The position numbers and the translations under genes were made by a program. Positions 19,838-31,000 of a stretch of DNA of 64,000 nucleotides are shown here, one piece after another; the stretch's first letter is position 1, and each line of letters begins with the position of its first letter. The stretch spans positions 76,975-140,974 of the forward strand of contig NGFH01000002.1 in NCBI GenBank assembly GCA_002215675.1, written 5' to 3'. The DNA is from Bacteroidetes bacterium 2013_40CM_41_45. GTDB lineage: Bacteria; Bacteroidota; Bacteroidia; AKYH767-A; 2013-40CM-41-45. The notes beneath the pieces were generated by a model. That model had not been told where the DNA came from. It ran no database searches and saw only the letters and a program-made list of their open reading frames with translations.

Positions 19838-21901
19838 ATGAATAAACTTTTTCTAAATACAGCGACCGACCGTAGCAGAAAGTTTCACATCTTGAAATTA
19901 AAAACTGTTTTTAGCAAACTTCTTACTCTTGATAAAGAAAACTACTTTGAAAACTCAACTCAAAATTATTTTTCGTTCCTAAGCAAAATCAAAGCAGCAA
20001 ATTTAATTGAGCACAGCACAGATTTTTTTTGGAGTGTGGTTCACAGAGTAAGCAATGTACTTGACAAGAACAACAAAGATGAAATAGAGAAAACTTACAT
20101 CTACTTTCTTTTAAATTCATTTGATTGTTTTTACTCACTACTTCCAATTAATTCCCAACTTCAATTCAAAGGAATTGGGAGTAATGATGTCATACTGCCA
20201 AAACTGGGTCTTTCTTTAGGCTGTTACCTTGACAGCAGTACAACACTTTGCAAGGTTAGTGATACCTCCTTAAGTTATAAACTGAAAAAGTTTGATAGTA
20301 TTCCCGATAACAATTATCTAATTTTCCTCAATGAAATTCCCCAATGGTTCAAGCTAAAACAGGAAATTGTTTGCCAACGGATTTCAGTTATCTCTCAAAA
20401 GCATGAAAGCATTTTTGAAGAGCATTATTATAAAGACTGCTGTGAAAATATTTTTCTATCACACTTATTAAAGCAGAAAATAGACAGAGCATTTGAAATA
20501 ATTAAATTAACTGATATTGATTTGTATCACAAGTTAATTTCTTCAATTGACTATATAATTCCGTATGGGAACGACATTGAAAAAAAATATCCAAACTTTG
20601 CAATTGCGACACTGAAAAAAACTATATTTCTTTCTATTGACTTGCTTTCAGAATCAGACATTCATGTAGCCGAGTGCATAATACACGAATACAGCCATTG
20701 CGAATTACACTGCGTGCAAGACACAATATTGCTGACAAATATTGAGAACAATATTTTGGAGTATTACTCGCCTTGGAGAAAAGATCCCCGCCCATTGTTG
20801 GGACTTATTCATGCAATTTATATTGGTAACGAAATTCTGACGTTTTACTTTACATATCTGCAGAATAGAAATAATAATTCTGACGAAATAATATCGGTTA
20901 GAAAAAAGGTAGAAATTATTGTTCACCAAATTATTATTGCCATAAGACAAATAAAAAAATATCAATTAACTGATTTTGCATTAGAATTGATGAATAGTAT
21001 TCTAAAATCAACTCACGAAATTGCCGAACACTTATCAATTTCTACATCAAATCCACTAGAGGAAATAATTAATCATATTCAAATTTGGAAATCAAATAAT
21101 CCAAACGCAGTTATTGTTGAGAAAGAATTTAATCCATACGAAAATTCAGCTGACTTTTACGACCTTGATTTTACTGGACCTCAATATGAGGATGTTCAAT
21201 TTTATTTAGACCTAGTGAAGCAACATTGCAATGAAGTTCTTGAATTGTGTTGCGGAACGGGTCGAATAACAATCCCAATTGCCAAAAACAATATTAGTGT
21301 TACCGCAATTGACGTCTCAAAAAAAATGCTATCCATTTTTAGAAATAAATTAAAGCAGGAGCAAAGCGAAGTATCCAGTCGAATTAATTTAATTGAAGCA
21401 GACATGGTGAATTTTTCTTTAAGCAAAAAATTCAACTGTATTCTAATTCCCTTCCACTCTTTTCAAGCGTTGACCGACACTTCTCAAATTTCACAAGCAT
21501 TGAAAACAATCTTTCAACATTTAACCGATGAAGGAGTTTTTATTCTCAACTTATTCAGACCGCTTGACGACATGAAAGGGTTGGAAGGTGTTTGTGAGTC
21601 AAAGACCGTTACCGATGACAATGGTGAAATTATCTACAAAAAAAATTGCATCAACACATTTGTTGATACTTCACAGCAAGTTATTTACTACGAGTTACAA
21701 TACTTTCCTATGAACCAAGAGAACGAAGGCCGATGTGTAATTGAAAATCTAAAAACAAAATATTATTATTCAGGTCAAATAAGAGAAATTTTACAGCGAC
21801 ATAATTTTAATATTGAAACAGAATATTACGGGTTTAAAAATGATTCCGCTGATAAAAACAGTTCAGCAGAGTTGACTTTGATATGTAAAAAGAAAATTTA
21901 A
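19838..21901 (+). CDS. alphaKG-HExxH-type peptide beta-hydroxylase fused to a class I SAM-dependent methyltransferase
   Basis: IHEYSH (20684-20698), YYSPWRKDPRP (PWRxxxRP) and LIHAIY third-His motif; C-terminal ADFYD...VLELCCGTGRI...AIDVS...EADM methyltransferase fold. Confidence 0.85.
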   Translation: MNKLFLNTATDRSRKFHILKLKTVFSKLLTLDKENYFENSTQNYFSFLSKIKAANLIEHSTDFFWSVVHRVSNVLDKNNKDEIEKTYIYFLLNSFDCFYSLLPINSQLQFKGIGSNDVILPKLGLSLGCYLDSSTTLCKVSDTSLSYKLKKFDSIPDNNYLIFLNEIPQWFKLKQEIVCQRISVISQKHESIFEEHYYKDCCENIFLSHLLKQKIDRAFEIIKLTDIDLYHKLISSIDYIIPYGNDIEKKYPNFAIATLKKTIFLSIDLLSESDIHVAECIIHEYSHCELHCVQDTILLTNIENNILEYYSPWRKDPRPLLGLIHAIYIGNEILTFYFTYLQNRNNNSDEIISVRKKVEIIVHQIIIAIRQIKKYQLTDFALELMNSILKSTHEIAEHLSISTSNPLEEIINHIQIWKSNNPNAVIVEKEFNPYENSADFYDLDFTGPQYEDVQFYLDLVKQHCNEVLELCCGTGRITIPIAKNNISVTAIDVSKKMLSIFRNKLKQEQSEVSSRINLIEADMVNFSLSKKFNCILIPFHSFQALTDTSQISQALKTIFQHLTDEGVFILNLFRPLDDMKGLEGVCESKTVTDDNGEIIYKKNCINTFVDTSQQVIYYELQYFPMNQENEGRCVIENLKTKYYYSGQIREILQRHNFNIETEYYGFKNDSADKNSSAELTLICKKKI

Positions 21902-22066
21902 TGACAACTTAAACCAATTACGTAACTAATGGCAATCGCTTCCAGTAAGTTGTGGCTAATTTAAAAGGTATTCTTAAAATAAGAACAGATCGCGAATCAA
22001 CTGATAATAAAATAGCTATTCGTTATTCAGAACTGTAAGGTGCGTTATTGTATAGAGGCATTGTAT

Positions 22067-25000
22067 TTACATCTTCACAATCTTCTTCGTCACAGATTTC
22101 TTTCCTATATTTATTTCAATATAATAAATTCCTGGAGCCTTTTCTCGAAGGTCAACTTCATGCTTCGTTTCATTTTTTAAATCTTTCTGTTCACTGACAA
22201 TGCTACCTATTACATCAAATATTTTCAGTGACCGTTTGTCTTTATTGTTAGATTTTATTTCCACAGTAAATATTCCTTCAGTTGGATTGGGATAAATTGA
22301 AATCGTATTTAAACCATTCAATTCATTTATACCAACAGTGCATGGATTAATATTGATTGAATCTGAAATGGTGGAACAGCCAAAAGAATTGGTTACAATA
22401 CCGTAGTAATAACCATCACCAACACATAATAATGTATCGTCAGTTCCCGGAGTTGGACTACTTTGATAATACCATTGAATAGTATCTGAAGAAGTTACAG
22501 GAGAGATAATAATAGTATCATTGATATGAATTAATGGTAGAAGAATAGGTGATAGATTAACGCTTACCGTCACTTGCGCTGTTGCCGTACAACCAAGAGC
22601 ATTACCTATTACAGTGTAAGTTGTAGTCGTTGTCGGATTAGCTGTAACACTTACGCCACTTGGTGCACTCAATGCCGTTGCAGGACTCCATGTATATGTG
22701 TTCGCCCCTGCCGCTGTCAAGAGTGTAGATTGTCCCGAACAGTAAGTTACATTCGGAGAAACAGTTGTTACTGGAGTTGGGTTGACTGTTACAGTCACCT
22801 GTGCTATTGCTATACAACCATTATTGTCGGTTCCAGTAACTGTATATGTTCCACTATCAGCAAGAGTAATATTTGTTATGATTGGATTCTGCAGTGAAGA
22901 AGTGTAACTGTTTGGACCTGTCCACGAATAAGAAGTAGCGCCATTCGATATGAGATTCAACACTACTCCTTCGCAAATTATGTTGTTGTTACCAGCTGTT
23001 ACAACTGGATTCGGATTTATGGTAACAATTGTAATTACAGCGGCAGAGCAGCCGTTAGAATCGATTACAGTTACTGAATATATTCCCGTATCTGCAAGAG
23101 TGACTGTTGGTATTGCAGGATTCTGAACCGAAGAAGTGTAACTGTTTGGACCTATCCACGAATAGAAAGTACCTCCGCTTGCCGTAAGATTCAAAGTTGT
23201 TCCTACGCATATAGCACTGTTGCTTCCCGCAATAGCGTTAGGTGGAGCATTTATTAAAATAGAAATTGAATCTGCAACATGGCATCCCAAGCTGTCTGTA
23301 ATTTCAAGTATCACAACAGCGGAAGAATCTATTTGAATTGTTTGGGATGTTGAGCTATCACTCCAATGATATGTATTTGCGATGGGCGATGTTAATTGAA
23401 TGCTACCACAAACGGTCGTGTCATTCCCTAAATTTAAGCTAAGACCATTTTGAACAAATACGATTGTTGTATCAATCATTTCAACATTCCCTGCACTATC
23501 TAAAGAATAAAATTCAATTACATTCAATCCTGCATTAGTGACGGTGACGGTTGTATCTGAAATCCAGTTGCCATTATTTATTCTATATCTTGTTTCAGAA
23601 ACTCCGGAATAATAATCATAAGCAGAAAGTGAAAATGTGTAATTACAAGAGTTGGTAGTGTCAACGTTATTACTGATAGTCAATGGGGGTGTTTTATCAA
23701 TCATAACTTTGTAGCTACAAGTCACATCAGAAAGGTGACCAACTGAATCCTGTGAAACAATATGAATATACCAAATGCCATCCGACAACCTTGTGTTGCT
23801 TGTATCCATGGCAGGAATAGTAGTAATAATTAAAGTGTCTGAATTAACTGAGAAGCCGGTTTGATTAACCTGGTATGCAGAATCATGATTAAGCATAAAG
23901 TAGTATCCAACAACTGTAGAAGTGTCGACAGGATCAACCCAATTTAAAGCAATACTGTCATTTTGATTCCATTGATTTTGGTTAGGATGGGTTGGCGATA
24001 TCAATAGTGGGCAAGGTGGATTATCCAAGTCAATATATACCGTAATTTCATTAGACCAGCTTCCAATATTACCAACAAAGTCAATATCTCTGACTTTAAT
24101 ATGATGCGTGCCTGTTGTTAAAGTAGGGTGATGCGAAAAATTAAATCCGATATTAATCGGAGCTTGATTATTTATTTCAACTTCAAAAAAATCTATCCCG
24201 CTTCCAACATCTCCTGGATTCAACCATGCAAGGTAAGGTGAATCATGGGTAGTCCATAACGTGCCACAGTGGTACTCTGCAATAAGTGGTGCATTAGGCG
24301 GTGTGTTATCATATTTCATTTCACCAACTCCAGGTTGACTTAAATTTCCAAAACTGTCTTTTGCCCTGACATAAACATAACTGATGCCCTCAATATTAAC
24401 AGTAAGATTTACTGAAAGATTTGTTCCAACATTTATCCACGGGTTGCCATTGACCGAGTATTCATAAGTGACACTTCCGCTATTATCAAACACCTGATTC
24501 CACGATACAATAAAATTAGGAGAAGCAGACCATGATGAAGGATTTACCGTTACAACCGGAGACGATGGAGGAATTAAGTCTGGAATAAAAATATTTCGTG
24601 ACGCGGAATTATTTGTGTCATTGCTTTCCGTAATTTGACCGAAAGGATCAACTGAAATGGTTACAATATGGTAACCAACTGGATAATTAAATGTGAAAAT
24701 AACAGTATCAATCTGTCCGGCTGAAAAATTTAAAATCAAACTGTCAATGACATAAGAGTTTATGACAAAATGAATCTTGACACCATTCGCTGACCCTGCA
24801 CCGTTATTTTGAACAATTGCAGAAACAGTATTTGTGATTGAATCCACATGAGTATAAATAATATTCTGCGCCAGCACTTCTAAGTCAGGTAACGTATCAT
24901 GAACCTCTATTGCAGTAGAAGCATAGGCAGTGAGTAATGAATTATCTGTTGCTGTTATGCCGATTGTATAAGTTCCGTTTGTGGGTGTGTTCAGAGCTAC

Positions 25001-28000
25001 CCGCCATGTTGCTGATGAAGAATCAAATTGCATTGTGTAGTTGCTGCTTTGGTAATTTGCAACAACAGAAATTATAGAATCATTATCGGTTATGTATGAT
25101 TCAACATTTACAATTCCTCCTTCATAATTTGGGGAGGACGTGTGAATGAAATGAATGACCGGTGGTTCGTTATCTTGTACTGTTACCTGTATTGAATTGG
25201 AATTATTTAAATCATTGCTTTCAGCAATCTGATTTTGCGGGTCAATGACTGCCATTAGTTGATGCGTTCCGACTAAAGATTGCCAATGAAGAACTAAAGG
25301 TATTGTATCAAAAGCGTCCATAGAATTGATCACAATTGAGTCAACAATTTGGCTATCGGAAAGCAGATAAACGACTACATTGGAAACACTCGATATAGAA
25401 TAATTAGAAACGACAAGCGAAAATGCTGCGTTTGAATTTGGAAGGACAGAGTAGTTAGTTGAAATGGTATTCACTGCAAGGTCAGGCAGAGAATCTACGA
25501 CAGTAAATTGAACAAAAGCTGCTGATTGGAAACCGTTCGAATCTGTGAACAAAACTGGCAAGGAATAATTTCCGGTTTGTGTCGGATAAATCTGCACAGA
25601 GTATGCACTGTCTAATGAACTGAAAGGCATTAAAGTATTGAGATTATTCCAAAGAACAGTAACTGATGCATTAGTTGTTGCCGGAGCAGAAACAAGTTGA
25701 ACATTCGTTGGCGAACCAAGCGATACTACAGCAGGTATTGCTTGTGCGTTGAGTAAGTAAGTAGGAACAGGAACACAAAATTGATGGTTTACCGAGACAG
25801 AGTTATTTGCTTCGTTTGTTTCTAAGATTGAATTGGCACTATCTATTACTACATTGAAAAGGTGACTTCCACAAACGACTTGCCAGGGGAAAGAAAATAC
25901 TAAAGACGAATCGTGAAGAATATTTGCCGACTGATTTCCAATGTTGAATCCATCAACTCTCAGAATTACGTTTACATTATTTAAATCTATGCTTCCAGAA
26001 TTCCTGACTTTTGCTTGTATTAAAACATTACTTCCTGAACCCGATGATGAAGGAACAAAAAGAAAATCCGAATTGAATACTTTTAAGTCCGGTAAGTTTT
26101 GCAATACTTGAATGCTGATTGTAGTAGAAGATGAAAGACTATTTACATCGTAAGCGGTGATGACAGCATTTGAAGTTCCTACTGTATTCGCATTTATGTA
26201 GCCCTCATAGAAAGTAGTAAACGAGTTATAGGTCAGTAAAACATTTTGGCTTTGCCAATTAACAATCACTGATGATATACCTGTTGAATCAATCGTATTC
26301 ACCTGAAAGAAAACCGGGTTACTAACATGTGCCGGATTAGGGGTGGCAGATGCCTGTAAAATTGATGGCGGATAACTGTCATGGACAACAATATACCGAA
26401 TACCAGTGTTATTGTTTTCATCCGATTCAGCAATGACATCTAACGGGTCTGCTTTCACACCAATAGTATCTTGTCCCAACTGTGCAAGCCAATTAAAATT
26501 TAACTGTGCTTGCGAGAGAGCACCTAATGTAACCGTTTGTGTCTGGAATGGCACTCCATCTATAACCAAAGCAACGTCCGCATTTGCAATTGTCTGGTTG
26601 CTATTATTTTTTACAATAGCGGACAAGTGAACCGTATCAGAAATAAACAATTCGGATGGGGAAATAATAATTCCATTATTTTGAATTTCTAAGTCAGGCG
26701 TTGACGAATAGACATTAACGTATAGGATAGTATCACTTGTTAATCCGCTTCGGTCCATTGCAATGACCCGAATAGGAAATAAACCAACTGAAGTTCCGGC
26801 ATTCACCATTACCGAAAAGTTATTGCCCGAAGTATTATTCAATGAAAATGTATTGTTCTGATAAGTACATTCAACTGAAGAAATAATATCGTTATCAGTT
26901 ACTGTAGCATTAACATTAAAATTTCCATTCTGTAAAACATTGAATGGAGTGACAACCGCTGACAATATTGGTCTAATGGTATCAATAATGTAATAATTGA
27001 TAGACAGACTATCTAACTTCAGCTGGCCTGCGCTCGAAGAATACAATTTTACTGGAATAAGGATTGGACCCTGACCTGTTGAATTTACAGAAATGTAGTT
27101 GTTAAGTTCAGTAGCAAAATCGGGCGTAGTTTGATTATATTGATAAACTCCAGAATAAACCCACTCATAAATTCCATTATCTGCAACATCAATCTTGGGA
27201 CCAAGTGGATAAACCTGCTGGTAACTTGGCTGGGAAATAGTAAATGTTTTAAGAGTAATTAGCTCCCACAATCCCGAAGTATTATTTTTAATATAGAAAT
27301 TAACTTTCCAAATACCCGGTATTGATGCAGGTACATTATTAGCAATATTTATCCAACTCCATGCTTTTAAACTTCCATACCAAGCATTATTACCAGGGTC
27401 AGGGGTTGTAGTTGTAACCTGTGAATATAGGGTATTATCAGGTTTTAACCATTCCCATTTTAATTGCAAAGATTCAGCTATGTCATTCAGGGAAACCCAA
27501 CAAAAAGCTGTTGTATCCGATATTCCTGAAAATGTAGTTACACCAGGAGAAGTAGGCAAATAGGAAGAAACATCTTTACATAGAGTAATTGATGCTGCAT
27601 CGGGAAAGGTTGAATTATAAACGGTATCCTTAACAAAATAACTTACAGTATAATAGTTTGTTGTTTCATAAGTGAAGTTGCCACCCACAATATCTTTTGA
27701 AAAATATTTTGTATAGAACCTGCCCTTATCAATTTCAGAACCCCAAGTCCAAGCTTTATACCATGCAAAAGTTGAGGCGTTGCTAATACTATCTTCTAAC
27801 CACCAATTAAAAAAATTATCGGAATCGTAATTTTCCCAACGCCAACCTAAAAAATTAGTTGCTAAATTATCAAAGTACAACCAATGATATACGGTTTCGC
27901 CTCTTCTAAAAACATTCTTTTCAGTTATACAATCATAAGGAGTAGAAGACATAACACTATCAGCCGTGGTAGCCCTCACAAAACGATAATTCCCTCTCGG

Positions 28001-31000
28001 AGTATTCAAAGCGGGATTGCTAAATGATGAAATAATATTTGAAGTAACATAACTGATCCCCTGAATTGTATCTGTATAAATTGTACTTAAAGGGAGTCCT
28101 GTTATTTTAGCAGTTGCTTGCGTCACAGACGAAACAGAGGGCAAGCTAATATACGCTATACTGTTTCCTCCGCCCAGAGGATAAATAAATGTTTGGGAAG
28201 AAAGCCCATTTGAAAACGTATCTGATAAAAAATACATATAGGGTTGGTAAATAAAAAAAAGATTTGTAGTATCTGTATTTCCGAATGAATCAGTTGCTAC
28301 AAGTTTTATTTCATGTATTCCAGTTGAAAGTGCTGTCAACGACAAGTAACTACCTGAACCAAGTAAGCTATTATTGCTGCTATACCAGCTTAGGTTGCTC
28401 TGGCCCAAAATGCCATCTTCATAATCTATTCCCTGGCCCAATAAATTAACTGTATCACCTTGGGCAAATATGCTATTGGGCATAGGGCTCAATATACTCG
28501 CGACTGGTTTTCCATCATTAATGGTAATAGAGATTTGAGCAGATGTAGAAGCTCCCAATGTATCTAAAGCAATAACACTAATAGTATGGTTGCCAACTGA
28601 GAGGGTATTTATTGGAAGCTGTCCACCAGTTCCAAGAGAACCATCAATATTGGAAGACCAACTTATCCTGTGATTTGGTAAAACTCCTTCTTCGTAGTCA
28701 GTAGCATTTGCTTTTAGAGCAACTGTGTCTCCGTGTGCAAAATGATTATTATTAAAAGGAAAGTAAATTGAGACAACAGGTTGGTGCGGTGGTTCTATAT
28801 AGAAATTTACCGCGGCTGAACCGGTGAAACCATCTTGGTCAGTAGTAGAAAGAGTAATCGTTTGATTGCCGGCAATGAGAGAGTTTGTTACAATACTACT
28901 ACCCGTTCCTAAAAATCCGTCAGCATCAGAATGCCATTGCAAATTGCTGCCCGAGATGATTCCATCTTGTGGATCGGTTGCGGTTCCAGAAAGTGTAATG
29001 CTGTTTCCAAAAAAGAAATTCGCACCATTTGCAGGTTGGGTAATCGTGCAAACTGGTATACCAGCATCAATAAAAATATTATTCGAGACAACAGTGCTGT
29101 CAGCACCGTTACTATCTATTGCTTTGAGAGAAATAATATGATAGCCATAGGTCAGCGAACTGATTTGAAGCGTATCACCAAATCCCAAAAATCCATTGAT
29201 GGTTGAATACCATTTCAAATTTGTTCCATGCAAAGCGCCATCCTGTAAATCGGTTGCATGACCTATTAAGTTGATTGTGTCGTGATAATTAAAAGTTTGA
29301 TTTGATAGCGGCTGAGAAATTACCGGAACAGGAGGAGTGAATATTATATTTATAGAAATTGTTGCTGTGTCAGTTGAACCTGCGTTATCCTGTACAGATG
29401 CAGTAATGATATGACTGCCGGGTTGCATCATTACAGATATACTTTGCCCTGTTCCAAGATAACCCTGAAGATTAGAATACCAATGTACTACACCCGAGAT
29501 ATTACCTTGCGGATAATCTGTAGCTGTTGCCTGACACGTTACTAATTGATGCTGGTAAAAAGTTGAATTGGCTGACGGAGCAGTTATCGCAACCTGCGGC
29601 ACTCCATTTAAAACAGTAATTTGTCTCGATGCAGTTGCCGAGTGTCCGCTTGTGTTTTGTGCCGTAAGAGAAATAGTTTGGTTGCCCAATGACAACTGAC
29701 GGTTAATGTTACAGCCAATCCCAAGCATGCTATCAATGTTGGAACCCCAACTTGCACTGCCGCATAAAGAACCATCATTTAAATCAAGAGCATTGCCTGA
29801 AAAAAATATGCCAGTATTATTCGGTAAGGTATCACCAGTGAGCGGAGAATTTATTATAACAACCGGGTAACCCTGAGGAAAAACATAGAGGTTGATATAT
29901 GCGGATGCAGTTTGCCCATGTGAGTTTGTTCCTGTAAAAGTGATAGTATGGTTTCCTGTAGTAATGGAAGCTATTGTCAAATAGCTTCCATTACCTAACA
30001 CACCATCAATGTTTGAAGCCCAGGAAAGATTGTTGTTACTCAAATAACCATCGTGCGGATCATAAGCAAATCCCGAGAACGTCACGTTTTGATTTGCTAT
30101 GGCAGAGCCATTGGCAGGAGAAACAACAGTTACCAAAGGAATGTTGTTTTCTATCAATAGAGAATCAATGGCGATGTTGTTTGTTTCCTTTTTCTCTACC
30201 ACCTGATTACCTTCATCAATAGTCAGGATTAGTTTTTTATTTCCATAAGTAAGAGGCGTCCAGGTAAAAGAAACGTTTTGACTGCTGAATGAATCAATGT
30301 TATTAATGATTTGCTGACTAAGAAGAATATTTTGAAGCTGGCTCTGTGAATTTGTATATTGTTCATAAAGCCGCACAGGAAATTGCTGCGCATTTTTATT
30401 ACCGAAATTGTAAATCGTAGCATCAATCTGTATGGTATCACTTAATATTCGGTTAGTAGTTTGTGGAAGGATTATTCCAATCAGGTCCGCAATGGGGTAA
30501 TCAAGAGTGCCCCCATAAAAATATACTGTTGAATCCTGACTGACGTAACTTTTATCTTGGAAAACTATACTGTCTCTCAGAATTTGTGTTGAAGAATAGC
30601 TGCCGGAATCAATCGGATTGATGTTCGACATAACACAACCTCCATAAGTGGTGTTTCTATTCGCACCATTGAAATCGGTGGACGAAACTGTTGTTGTAAA
30701 TACATTGGACAGGGTAAAACAGGAATGCCAAAAACTATTTATTGTTTGATTGGTAACTGGAATATCAGTTATCCCTGTCATATCGTGGCTGTCAAATAAA
30801 TAACTAAAAGGTTTGTTAGGGTGATTCCACGCCTTGTATTGTTTGGCGAGTGCTATCGTAGTATATATCTGTCTTATTTGACTGAATGCAGAATGATTAT
30901 TTAATAAATTCCTGACAGCGGGTTCACGACTTGTTAGTTGTCCGGTAATCCAATTGTCAAAGGTATTCAGTCTGTTATTTAGGTCATTAGTTTCATTTTG

